Program-made: the position numbers and the translations under genes
Assembly (NCBI GenBank): GCA_016840085.1
Contig: JAEOTA010000017.1
Span: 1-64,000, forward strand
DNA length: 64,000 bases
Direction: 5' to 3'
From: Promethearchaeota archaeon
GTDB lineage: Archaea; Asgardarchaeota; Lokiarchaeia; Sigyniarchaeales; SOKP01
In this document: positions 10,148 to 20,136 of the stretch, in pieces
Layout: each line of letters starts with the position of its first letter
How positions within the stretch are numbered: the first letter of the stretch is position 1
The notes under the pieces: generated by a model
Seen by the model: only the letters and a program-made list of their open reading frames with translations
What the model was told of the DNA's origin: nothing
The model's database searches: none

Positions 10148-10987
10148 ATGAATGGTATAGCTAAGGAAAATAATTTATTTATCCGAATAATTAGAAAAAA
10201 TCCTCTTATTACATTCTTTGTCATTTCTTATCTTCTTATTATTATTTCAGTAATTCTTCGTATATTTATAAATATTCATTTTGCACTCTATTGGGTACTT
10301 TCTGCATGGAGTCCTACAATTTCTGCGATTATTATATCAGGAGTTATTGGAGGATGGTCAGAAATAAAGAAATTATTAAGTGGATTTCTAAGATGGAAAG
10401 TGAGTATTAAATGGTATTTAGCAGCATTTTTACTATTTATCGTACCTCTTATTTTTGCTGGATTTTATATTCTTTTTGGAGGTCAATCACCTGGACCAGT
10501 CCCAGATTTAACAATAAGTACCTTCTTTATTTATCTACTTTTTACCCTACTCTCTGGCCCTTTAAGTGAAGAAGCAGGCTGGCGTGGTTTTGCATTACCA
10601 AGGCTTCAATCAAGATTTAGTGCCCTAAATTCTAGTATTATTTTAGGAATTATATGGGCATGTTGGCATATACCATTACATTTTGTCGAAGTAAGAATGC
10701 CTTTTTATATTTTTATAATTTTAAATACTGTTATTTCAATTTTAATGACCTGGGCTTACAATAATACCAAAGGTAGTTTAGTAATTACTGTATTATTTCA
10801 TTTTAGTTTTAATTTTGGGGGAGCATTTATTGCAGGATATTTAGGATTATTACCTCTAATGGTGTTTTATATAAGTGGTAGTATTATGATAATACCTTAT
10901 CTTATAATTGTCGTTAAATACGCAGGTCCTGAAAAACTTTCTAGAAAACCAGATTCTGAAATGCCTTATAATAAATCGAATAAATAA
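10148..10987 (+). CDS. CPBP (Abi/CAAX type II) intramembrane metalloprotease
   Basis: EEAGWRGF, WACWH, HFSFN motifs; multi-TM. Confidence 0.9.
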   Translation: MNGIAKENNLFIRIIRKNPLITFFVISYLLIIISVILRIFINIHFALYWVLSAWSPTISAIIISGVIGGWSEIKKLLSGFLRWKVSIKWYLAAFLLFIVPLIFAGFYILFGGQSPGPVPDLTISTFFIYLLFTLLSGPLSEEAGWRGFALPRLQSRFSALNSSIILGIIWACWHIPLHFVEVRMPFYIFIILNTVISILMTWAYNNTKGSLVITVLFHFSFNFGGAFIAGYLGLLPLMVFYISGSIMIIPYLIIVVKYAGPEKLSRKPDSEMPYNKSNK

Positions 10988-11018
10988 AATAATCGAAAAA
11001 ATAAATTATATTCTTTTT

Positions 11019-11852
11019 TTAAATTTGCCGAGATTTTAATTCTCTATTTATTGGTTTTAATAGCATAAAATTTAATACCACCAATAACCAAGCTGAGAGT
11101 GAAAACATAAGTAGCCACTCCCAAAAGGGCGCCCATTGCCATAATGGCAAGTACGTCCAAAATGCATCAGTATACCAAAGATAGGGCACAGTATAAAAAA
11201 AACCAAAAAATATCGGAGTTAATATCCATGAATTTATTGCTAGCGATACACGTACGGTAGTAGTGTGTTTCAATCCAATTTCATTTTCCAGTAGATCAGG
11301 AAAAATGATAAATTGCGATGCCACAAGAATTCCGCTAACCATAAAAAAGATAAACGCAAAATCAGCAACAATGTCATGCCAGTAATAATCAGGTATAGGT
11401 GGTCCAAGAATAGTGTCCAATCGTTCACCTACGTCTTCAGAAATAACCCCCGTTAGAAATAATCCACACATCGCAATTAACATACAAATTAAGGTCAAAT
11501 TGCTTAATATCTTTCTTAAAAGTTTCGAACCATCTCCTTTCAGCATTTTTCTTAAATAAAATGCAGCAGGGACCATCAATATGGATGTTTGCATCATCCC
11601 AAAATCTATAATTATTGGCATTGGTGTTAAATCCAGATTGCCTAGATCACTAATATAGTTAATTAACAAATTAAATCCGGCAGGATCAGAAGGAGGGCCA
11701 GCAGGATCCAACTGGGCAACAAGATATGCTAAAGCTAAACTAAGTATCCAAACTATTGCCGTTCCAATACAAGATAACTTCACAACTTTTGGATTTATTA
11801 TAAAAGAATAAAGCCCATTTTTCTTTTCTATTATTTTCTCTTTGATTCCCAT
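11019..11852 (-). CDS. Multi-pass membrane protein (DUF998-like)
   Basis: NYISDLG motif, conserved His (WHDIVA), WEW near C-terminus, about 6 TM segments. Confidence 0.65.
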   Translation of the reverse strand: MGIKEKIIEKKNGLYSFIINPKVVKLSCIGTAIVWILSLALAYLVAQLDPAGPPSDPAGFNLLINYISDLGNLDLTPMPIIIDFGMMQTSILMVPAAFYLRKMLKGDGSKLLRKILSNLTLICMLIAMCGLFLTGVISEDVGERLDTILGPPIPDYYWHDIVADFAFIFFMVSGILVASQFIIFPDLLENEIGLKHTTTVRVSLAINSWILTPIFFGFFYTVPYLWYTDAFWTYLPLWQWAPFWEWLLMFSLSAWLLVVLNFMLLKPINRELKSRQI

Positions 11853-12086
11853 TTTATTTCAAATCTGTTTATTCTCGATCAAAACTTTATTTAATAATAC
11901 AATTTCATTGTTCTGATATATAAGAATTTTGAAAGTTTACAGAATAATGAAAACTCAAAATAGTTCAAATTCTGCTTAATCTTTATTCGAGTAATAAAAT
12001 ATAATTATAGCCAATCTTTTAAAATAGTTAATTTCATTTATTTGAATTTAAAATGTTAAAAAAATAATTATTGGAGAATTTTAATT

Positions 12087-13244
12087 ATGGATTTCTTATT
12101 AACAGATCAACAAATGATGCTTAAAAAAATTACACGAGAGTTTGCTGAGGAATATATTGCGCCTGTAGCAGAAGAAAGTGATGAGAATCAAGAATTAGAT
12201 CCAACTGTTATGGAAAAAATGAAAGAAATGAATTATTTTGGTACATGTATTTCAGAAGAGTATGGTGGTGCGGGGCTTCATGATGATACCCTTAGTTTCT
12301 GTATTATAACAGAAGAAATTGGAAGAATTGATACTTCATGGTCAATAACGACAGGAGTTCATTGCAGTGTATGTGCATACCCAATTTACAAGTTCGGGAC
12401 TGAGGAACAAAAACAACAATTTCTTATTGATCTTGCTAAGGGTAATAAGATTGGGGCTTTTTGTTTAACAGAAGCAAATGCAGGTTCAGATGCAGCAGGA
12501 GTTCAATTAAGTGCTGTAAAAGATGGTGACGAGTGGATTTTAAATGGGAGCAAAATTTTCGCTACAAATGGGGGTATAGCAAAAACTCTACTTGTAGTAG
12601 CAAAAACAGGTGAGAAAGAAACTAGAAAAGAATTAACTATTTTTATTGTAGATACTGAAACACCAGGTTATTCTGTTGGAGTAAAAGAAGATAAGTTAGG
12701 AGCTCGTGCATCAAATACCTCTGAACTAGTATTTCAAGATGTTCGTGTTCCTCAAGAAAATATTCTAGGGAAAATTGGAGACGGATTTAAGCTGACTATG
12801 CAAATTTTAGATTTTGGAAGAATTTCTATTGCTGCTCAATGTGTTGGTCTCGGTCAAGCAGCATTAGAAGCTTCAGTTAAATATGCAAATGAAAGAGTCC
12901 AGTTTGGACGCCCCATAGGGAGATTTCAAGGAATACAATGGATGATATCCAATATGGCTTGTGCTGTTGAATCTGCTAGGTTATTAACTTATAAAGCAGC
13001 ATATTTGTGCGATAAAGGGATGGATTACGGATTAACTAGTGCTATGGCAAAGCTCGTTGCATCAGAAGCGGCTATGCAAGCTGCACATGATGCATGTCAA
13101 ATACATGGAGGTTATGGATTGATGAAAGCATATCCAGTCGAAAGATATTTCCGTGATGCTAAGATGACAGAAATTTATGAAGGAACTTCTGAAATTCAAA
13201 GATTGGTAATAGCTCATCAATTATTACGTAAAGGATTTAAATAA
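12087..13244 (+). CDS. Acyl-CoA dehydrogenase (butyryl-CoA/short-branched type)
   Basis: FCLTEANAGSDA, LNGSKIFATNG, QFGRPIGRFQ, IHGGYG, IYEGTSEIQR. Confidence 0.95.
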   Translation: MDFLLTDQQMMLKKITREFAEEYIAPVAEESDENQELDPTVMEKMKEMNYFGTCISEEYGGAGLHDDTLSFCIITEEIGRIDTSWSITTGVHCSVCAYPIYKFGTEEQKQQFLIDLAKGNKIGAFCLTEANAGSDAAGVQLSAVKDGDEWILNGSKIFATNGGIAKTLLVVAKTGEKETRKELTIFIVDTETPGYSVGVKEDKLGARASNTSELVFQDVRVPQENILGKIGDGFKLTMQILDFGRISIAAQCVGLGQAALEASVKYANERVQFGRPIGRFQGIQWMISNMACAVESARLLTYKAAYLCDKGMDYGLTSAMAKLVASEAAMQAAHDACQIHGGYGLMKAYPVERYFRDAKMTEIYEGTSEIQRLVIAHQLLRKGFK

Positions 13245-14062
13245 TGGAAAAGATGCTTACAATATTTACCTGTATCAAACAAGTGCCTGGAGTATCTGAA
13301 GTAAGGATTGATCCTAAAACTAATACTCTTGTGAGAGAAGGTATTCCTTCAATTATGAATCCCCATGATAAACATGCTATAGAGCTCGCCTTATCAATAA
13401 AAGAACACCATGGTGCTGATGTAGTAGCATTAAGCATGGGTCCACCTCAAGCGGAAGAAGTATTAAGAGAAGCATTAGCAATGGGTGTAGATAAAGCCTT
13501 TTTATTGACTGATCGATCTTTTGCTGGAGCAGATACCTTAGCAACATCTTATACTCTAGCACTTGCTATCAAAAAATTGTTAAAAGAAAAAAAAGAGTTT
13601 GAAAATTATCTCGTTATTTGTGGGTCTCAAGCAATTGATGGAGATACAGCTCAAGTTGGACCCGAATTAGCAGAAGAGTTAGAAATCCCACAAATTACCT
13701 ATGTACAAAAATTTGAATTGAGAGGTAATAAAATAGTTGTAGAAAGGACTTTCAGAACAGAACAGGTTGTGATAATTAAAACAAAATTACCTGCTTTAAT
13801 TTCGGTATTAAAAGAAATTAATGAACCTAGATATCCTACAATGTCAGGAATCGTACATGCTTATCAAAAGAAAAAAATCTTTTATTTAAATGCTGAAGAT
13901 CTAAAGGCTGATAAGGCAAAAATAGGTTTAAACGGTTCGATGACTGAGGTATGGAAAATATTTATCCCCGAAAGAAAGGGTGAACATATTATTTTAAAAG
14001 GAACACCAGATGAAGTATCTAAAGAATTATGTTTGAATTTAAAAAAGGATAAGGTACTTTAA
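13244..14062 (+). CDS. etfB: Electron transfer flavoprotein beta subunit (FixA-like)
   Basis: CIKQVP, DRSFAGADTLAT, AIDGDTAQVGP, INEPRYP; TAATG overlap with the dehydrogenase gene. Confidence 0.95.
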   Translation: MEKMLTIFTCIKQVPGVSEVRIDPKTNTLVREGIPSIMNPHDKHAIELALSIKEHHGADVVALSMGPPQAEEVLREALAMGVDKAFLLTDRSFAGADTLATSYTLALAIKKLLKEKKEFENYLVICGSQAIDGDTAQVGPELAEELEIPQITYVQKFELRGNKIVVERTFRTEQVVIIKTKLPALISVLKEINEPRYPTMSGIVHAYQKKKIFYLNAEDLKADKAKIGLNGSMTEVWKIFIPERKGEHIILKGTPDEVSKELCLNLKKDKVL

Positions 14063-14076
14063 GAGGAAAAATATAG

Positions 14077-15279
14077 ATGAGTATTATCATTGATGATGAA
14101 CTTTGTACTGGGTGTGCTGCCTGTTTGGATATTTGTCCTTATGGGGGAATTGAGATAGTTGATAATAAAGCAGTTATTAATGAAAAGTGCAATCTCTGTG
14201 GAGCCTGTATTGAAGCTTGTCTTGTTGAAGCAATCATCTTAGAAAGAGAAGAAATAAAAGTAGAAAAAGTTGATATATCGCAATATAAAGGTATTTGGGT
14301 TATTGCTGAACATTATAAAAATAAAATTCACCCTGTAGCTTTCCAATTATTAGGTAAAGGGAAAGAAATAGCAGAGTTATTAGAAGTCGATTTGTCTCTT
14401 ATCATTTTAGGAGGTAATTTTGACGACCAATTGGAAGAGTTTTGTCAATATGGAACAGACGAGATAATTTATGTTAAATCGCCAATATTAAAAGATTATT
14501 ATTCTGATTTATATGCAAACATATTAACAGAGTTAATTCTTGAGAAAAAACCAGAAATAGTATTAGTGGGTGCTACTCCTACAGGAAGAGATTTTGCGCC
14601 AAGAGTTGCAAAAAGACTCAATGCAGGTTTAACAGCAGATTGTACTGGTTTGGATATTGATCTGAAAACTCGAAATCTTTTACAAACACGTCCTACTTAT
14701 GGTGGAAATATTTTGGCTACTATTCGAACACCTTATAATAGACCTCAAATGGCTACCGTGAGGCCTGGAATATTTAAAGTAGCTGAAAAATTAAAAAAAA
14801 AAGTAAGAATCACTAAAATTGACTATAAATTCGAAAAAGAAGATGCTGTTTCAAAAATAGTAAAAATCGTAGATAGAAAAAAGACTCCTATTAATCTTGA
14901 AGATGCTGAAGTTATAGTAGCAGGGGGAAGGGGTGTTAGTTCCAAAGAAAATTTCAAACTTATAGAAGAATTAGCAAAAGTGTTAGGAGCTGAATTAGGA
15001 GGTTCCAGAGTTACTGTGGAATTAAATTGGATAGCTCAGGAGAGACAAATAGGGCAAACGGGTAAAACGGTTTCACCAAAATTATATATCGCATGCGGAA
15101 TTTCTGGAGCTATTCAACATTTAGTTGGTATGCAAAATTCAGAAATAATCGTAGCAATCAACAAAGATCCAAATGCTCCTATTTTTAAGGTGGCACACTA
15201 TGGAATTGTTGGAGATCTTCATGAGATTGTGCCAGTTTTAATTGAAGAGTTAAAAAAGATAAAACCTGATGAATATTAG
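14077..15279 (+). CDS. etfA: ETF alpha subunit with N-terminal 2x[4Fe-4S] ferredoxin
   Basis: CTGCAACLDICP and CNLCGACIEAC, then GLTADCT, QIGQTGK, GISGAIQH, AINKD. Confidence 0.95.
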   Translation: MSIIIDDELCTGCAACLDICPYGGIEIVDNKAVINEKCNLCGACIEACLVEAIILEREEIKVEKVDISQYKGIWVIAEHYKNKIHPVAFQLLGKGKEIAELLEVDLSLIILGGNFDDQLEEFCQYGTDEIIYVKSPILKDYYSDLYANILTELILEKKPEIVLVGATPTGRDFAPRVAKRLNAGLTADCTGLDIDLKTRNLLQTRPTYGGNILATIRTPYNRPQMATVRPGIFKVAEKLKKKVRITKIDYKFEKEDAVSKIVKIVDRKKTPINLEDAEVIVAGGRGVSSKENFKLIEELAKVLGAELGGSRVTVELNWIAQERQIGQTGKTVSPKLYIACGISGAIQHLVGMQNSEIIVAINKDPNAPIFKVAHYGIVGDLHEIVPVLIEELKKIKPDEY

Positions 15280-15364
15280 CAAAGAAAGCAATACCTATTT
15301 TATACTTTATTAATTAGTATTACTTAAATGAAACTTAGAATTCAAAACTTGCAAATTTAAAACC

Positions 15365-15480
15365 ATAATAAAAAAAGAAAAAAGTAATGGAATGGATTTT
15401 TAGTTTTATTCGTGGAGGAATAAATTATGGCCTAAAAACAAACATTCCACTACTAGAAAAAAAAATCTTTTTCTAAATAT
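15365..15480 (-). ncRNA. Candidate small RNA: long hairpin (15383-15454) with CCUCC apex and U-rich terminator
   Basis: Nested inverted repeats AGTAGTGGAATG/CATTCCATTACT, TTTTTAG/CTAAAAA, TTTATTC/GAATAAA; T-tract follows the stem; BRE-TATA-like CGAAAC-ATTTATTA at 15499-15512 (minus); no ORF. Confidence 0.5.
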
Positions 15481-16006
15481 ATATATTTTTTCCCATCCTA
15501 ATAAATGTTTCGTCAATCTTATGAACGCTCTGTTCCATTATTACGTGAATTGTATAGGTATGCGACTAATATGTGTTCATGGATTTTATATTTCTTTCAT
15601 ACATCCTTAGATTAAAAATAAAAGCTTAAAGAGTTCATAAATTTAATTAAAAAAAAAAATTTTTCTTTAAAATTAGAGAAAAAAAATCAATTTTTTTGAA
15701 AATTATTATCCCAATTTTATAACAAAGTTTTAATCAACATACTTTTAATAAAAATAATTTACAATTTTATTAAGAAGTTAATAAGAATAAAATCCCTACA
15801 TAAGAACCAAAACAATTAATTTTCTAAAGTTCCAGGCTAATTTTATTATTCTGGTGCGGAGAAACACTCAAATATATTTTAAATTCACCATTTTTTAAAT
15901 TTTGATAAATAAATTTGAAATAATTTATAATATTCCATAAATAATAGAGAGAAAATTATGATATTTCTAAAAAGATGAAAAAAAAAAAATAATTATTTAT
16001 TTGCTT

Positions 16007-19000
16007 TTAAGGTGTTTTTGACAAAATTCTACCTTTCTTTTTTAGTACATAAATGACAACGATTATTCCTGCGGCGACAGGAATACCAATAGCTAATCCT
16101 AATATCAATCCAGTATCCATAGGGGGCGTATATGAAGCAATCGGAACACTAGTTGTTAACATAGTGGTATTATATTGATTCAAATCTATCCTAAAAGTTA
16201 CCATTTCATCTGGACTACCAAATCCATCAACTTCAAATAGTATATAAAAATGATCTGTATGTACACCAAATTCGTATGTATTATTTATAAAAGGATAACT
16301 TGCAAACTCTATTTCTCTAATCTCATAATTCGGATCATTAGTAACCCAAGGAAGATCTTGCATCAAATAAGCTCTATAACTAGATACATTATTACAAGCA
16401 ATAACTAGTTGAGTCCATTGATAGGCACTACCAACGCATTCTATTACAAAATAATTTTCATTTGCGAGTTCAATTAACTCTGATTCTGTACTATTATACG
16501 TCGTAGTTAAACCATAACTATATATCGTATCATTGATCTGCCCGTAACCTGCAGCGGTATAATTATTTATTTGATGTAAATATAGATTTGGTTCATCAGT
16601 TATATTATAAAATGCTTGGTGTCTATAAGGCCAAAAGTTCTCAACGGCAAAATTAACCTTAAGAGGTTCTGAACCACTCCATCCATGTGGAATAATAAGT
16701 AATTTATAAACTCCTTCTTCAAAGCCAATTATATAGGGTTGTCCAGTTTCTAAAAATCTTGTTGCCTCAGTAGCATTTTGATATTGATTAATCAATAATG
16801 TAGGGCCTACTTCCATATCTGGTTGCCAATAATCAGCATATTGGTAGCTACTCTCCCTTACAAGCGCAAAGTTTAAATCTCCTTGTAGAGTGATATTCGA
16901 TAATTTTAATATTTGAATATAAGGCAGTTGAGAATAATCCCAACCTGGTTCTAGACTAATCGCTAACCAATAATAATCATCTTCTTCAATAGTAGGCAAA
17001 TCAAAATCTGCACCAGGTATCCATGTTAAATATTCTGTATCCATTAATTCAAGCACTATTTTTCCATTAGATGTAAACTCAGTTGTAGTGTCTAATGTTT
17101 CAGACACTTCACTTGTAAAATCATTACCATCATATGTATAATAGTTAAGATCTAAAGCAGGGTTCTCTCTTGTTCCTAGTTGTGAAAAATTAAATTCCAT
17201 ATTATGCCATTTTTGTGGATATGCTATAAAGAGAATATCATTTGATTGTTCTCCTACAGTGTCATCGGAAAATGCTGGAAATGATTTTAAAGGATCTAAA
17301 GCTTCTTCTGTCCAATCATGGTAAGAACCGGATGGAAATACACTAGAATTGAAAACAACAACTGCAGCTGGATTTGCTGTTAATGGTAAACTTGCTAAAT
17401 AATCAGAAGCATATATTGTAGTATTTAAAATGTATTGCCCTGGTTGTGTAATATTTATATAAGCATATTGAGCGTCATAAATACCATTATAATATTCATC
17501 GGGATCGAACTCTAAAGTTAAAAATTGAGAAGGATCTGTATCAGGGTAGGATAAAGAACTAATTGGAATCGTCTCATTACTAAAGTCAACATATTTTGAA
17601 CTTATTTGAAAAACACCATCGTAAGAAATATTCTCATTTTGAATAACTGACGTATAAGTGCCTGCTGGGAAATAATAATAGTAAAATGTCTCTGAACCAA
17701 CTTGTTTTTCTTCAATAGGGTAATTAGACTCAAAACCAACCATGCTTTTAGAATCTTTAAATAGAAATTCGTTTTGAAAAAATAGATCAAAGCCTATCCA
17801 CGGATTACCTGCTGGTTGACTGTATGATGTAAAATTAAACCTTACGAATGAATCTTGTTCAATTGTAAATCCAATAGCTTTCTCCTGATCCCGTGAAACT
17901 CTAAGAGTGGTTAAATTATCGCCAATATTATAATCTAAAACATTGAGTTTTTTTAAGTATAGTGAATATCTATACCAATCGCCATAATCAGCATCTATAA
18001 ATGAAAAATATCCATTTCCATCTTCGGGGAAATAAAAAACACCTGATGTGGGAAGAATACCCGCAGCACCAAGATATCCATATTCAGATGGCATCCAAAT
18101 GCCAAATGTCGGAGGAGTACCTACATAATCTTCACCAATATCTATTCGATACAATTCTCCTTTTTTTCCACTAATCTTTAACCAATTAGATTGCCATTCT
18201 ATTTCAGTTTGTTCAATAAGGCTAGGATCCTTATCACTATTTCCTATAAATTTTAATTTCTCAAAAGGTAAATTAGAAATAGAACTCTTTAAAAATTCAA
18301 GATTTAAATATGCGGGATGAGTATGCTCAGCATCGACTAATAATCTATATGTACCTGCTTTCTTTGCAACAAATACAATATAATCGAATATTTCCTCTGT
18401 ACTTAAAAGTGTATTGTAGCGGGCTGTTTCAGGATAACTTAAAACATATTCCTCAGAGGGTGATATTAATCTATAATCCCATATAACTGGAGGATTTGTT
18501 GTTAACCAATCAAATTTTAATATTTTTGGACCGGGATTTTTAATTACTAGATCAATTTGTAGGGGTATCGAATGATTTAATGGGAATATTGGACTCGTTC
18601 CTTCTATCATAACATGGTAATTAAAAACAGTATTCAAAGTAAAGGGCGATAAGGTAACATTATGAGGATTGAATGCTGTTACATTTAACCATTCAATATC
18701 CCATGGATCAAGATAGTCATTAAATGAGGTTGAATCTTTCAAATATCCTTCAAAATACCAAGGATACACTAAAGAAATATTTTCTCCGGGATATGAAACC
18801 ATTTCTTGAGCAATTGGAGGAAATGAATTTCTCCAATCCATTATAGTAAATTGTCCCTGATTTGATCCGCCTATTGACATTGTGGCATACATATTTGGAG
18901 TGGGAATAAACACACCATACTGAATAGGATGTTCATCGTCTGGATAAAAAGTTGCTCCATCACCTTCCATATGAATTGCATACACTGAATTTAAATTGAA

Positions 19001-19075
19001 AACTCCAAGAAAAACCAATGTTAGGATTGCTAAAAACGGAATTAGTTTCTTTTTATTAAATTTAGATTTCGTCAT
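16007..19075 (-). CDS. Large secreted, C-terminally membrane-anchored surface (glyco)protein
   Basis: Signal peptide, acidic beta-rich body with many NxS/T sequons and PPC-like GTYxxxV motifs, C-terminal TM followed by KKKGR. Confidence 0.8.
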   Translation of the reverse strand: MTKSKFNKKKLIPFLAILTLVFLGVFNLNSVYAIHMEGDGATFYPDDEHPIQYGVFIPTPNMYATMSIGGSNQGQFTIMDWRNSFPPIAQEMVSYPGENISLVYPWYFEGYLKDSTSFNDYLDPWDIEWLNVTAFNPHNVTLSPFTLNTVFNYHVMIEGTSPIFPLNHSIPLQIDLVIKNPGPKILKFDWLTTNPPVIWDYRLISPSEEYVLSYPETARYNTLLSTEEIFDYIVFVAKKAGTYRLLVDAEHTHPAYLNLEFLKSSISNLPFEKLKFIGNSDKDPSLIEQTEIEWQSNWLKISGKKGELYRIDIGEDYVGTPPTFGIWMPSEYGYLGAAGILPTSGVFYFPEDGNGYFSFIDADYGDWYRYSLYLKKLNVLDYNIGDNLTTLRVSRDQEKAIGFTIEQDSFVRFNFTSYSQPAGNPWIGFDLFFQNEFLFKDSKSMVGFESNYPIEEKQVGSETFYYYYFPAGTYTSVIQNENISYDGVFQISSKYVDFSNETIPISSLSYPDTDPSQFLTLEFDPDEYYNGIYDAQYAYINITQPGQYILNTTIYASDYLASLPLTANPAAVVVFNSSVFPSGSYHDWTEEALDPLKSFPAFSDDTVGEQSNDILFIAYPQKWHNMEFNFSQLGTRENPALDLNYYTYDGNDFTSEVSETLDTTTEFTSNGKIVLELMDTEYLTWIPGADFDLPTIEEDDYYWLAISLEPGWDYSQLPYIQILKLSNITLQGDLNFALVRESSYQYADYWQPDMEVGPTLLINQYQNATEATRFLETGQPYIIGFEEGVYKLLIIPHGWSGSEPLKVNFAVENFWPYRHQAFYNITDEPNLYLHQINNYTAAGYGQINDTIYSYGLTTTYNSTESELIELANENYFVIECVGSAYQWTQLVIACNNVSSYRAYLMQDLPWVTNDPNYEIREIEFASYPFINNTYEFGVHTDHFYILFEVDGFGSPDEMVTFRIDLNQYNTTMLTTSVPIASYTPPMDTGLILGLAIGIPVAAGIIVVIYVLKKKGRILSKTP

Positions 19076-19518
19076 TTTATATCTTTTTATTTAGTTTTTG
19101 TAAAATTAATCAAAAAAATGATCTGTAACCTTTAATGGTAATTTCATATATATAAATTTGATTTGAGCTTTTCTTAATAAAATATCAAATTTAAGTTCGA
19201 TTATAAGAATAACTTAAATATATTAACTAAATGAATTGTTGATATAGTATCCAACTTAATTGAATTATTTTAAATAATTATCTAGAAAGATAAGTGGATA
19301 AGTTAATATTTGGAAATATACTTCAATTTTCTCTTTTTTTTTGTAATTTTTGGATATACCAAATCTTGTTTTATTGAGATGTAGGGATGATATTTAAAAA
19401 TAAAAATTATGGGAGTTTATTCCCATTATATTAACTCATGTATAAGTTAATTAAAAATTGGCGATTAATTTGAACTAGATAAGATATATAATATATAAAT
19501 TCTTCATAAAAGGGCATT

Positions 19519-20136
19519 ATGGAACTTAAGAATTTCAATCTGTTAATCGTTGGAGTAGGGGGTCAAGGTGTTATTCGCGCGATACAAATTCTCGCATGGG
19601 CAGCTTTAAGAGAAAATTATAAGGTTAGAACAGCAGAAACCCATGGAATGGCACAGAGAGGTGGATCTGTCGCATCATTTCTCAGATTTGGTAATGAAGT
19701 TGAGGGTCCTTTAATTCCAAGAGGAAATTGTCAAATTATCATAGCTTTTGAAGCAAGTGAAGCCGTCCGTAATTTCAGTTATGCAGATTCAAACACGATT
19801 TTTTTAATTAATGATAATGTTATTGTACCTCCAACTATTCACTTAATGGATATGGAATATCCAAATAGAGAGGCTATTGAAAAATTTCTTTATCAAATCT
19901 CACCAAACATTTTTTTTATCAATGGGCATAAAGAAGCATTAAAAGCTGGAGATCTTCGAACTTTGAATGTATTTATGCTAGGTGTTTTATTAGGTTTAGA
20001 AATACTACCTATCAATGAAGGAACCCTTAAGCAATCTATATTACGCTTTGTTCCAGAAAAAGCCCAAAATATTAATAAAATCGCCTTTCAAAAAGGTATT
20101 GAAAAAGGGAAACTAATTAGGAGGGATTTAAAGTGA
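19519..20136 (+). CDS. iorB: Indolepyruvate:ferredoxin oxidoreductase beta subunit
   Basis: GVGGQGVI, ETHGMAQRGGSV, NVFMLG. Confidence 0.95.
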   Translation: MELKNFNLLIVGVGGQGVIRAIQILAWAALRENYKVRTAETHGMAQRGGSVASFLRFGNEVEGPLIPRGNCQIIIAFEASEAVRNFSYADSNTIFLINDNVIVPPTIHLMDMEYPNREAIEKFLYQISPNIFFINGHKEALKAGDLRTLNVFMLGVLLGLEILPINEGTLKQSILRFVPEKAQNINKIAFQKGIEKGKLIRRDLK

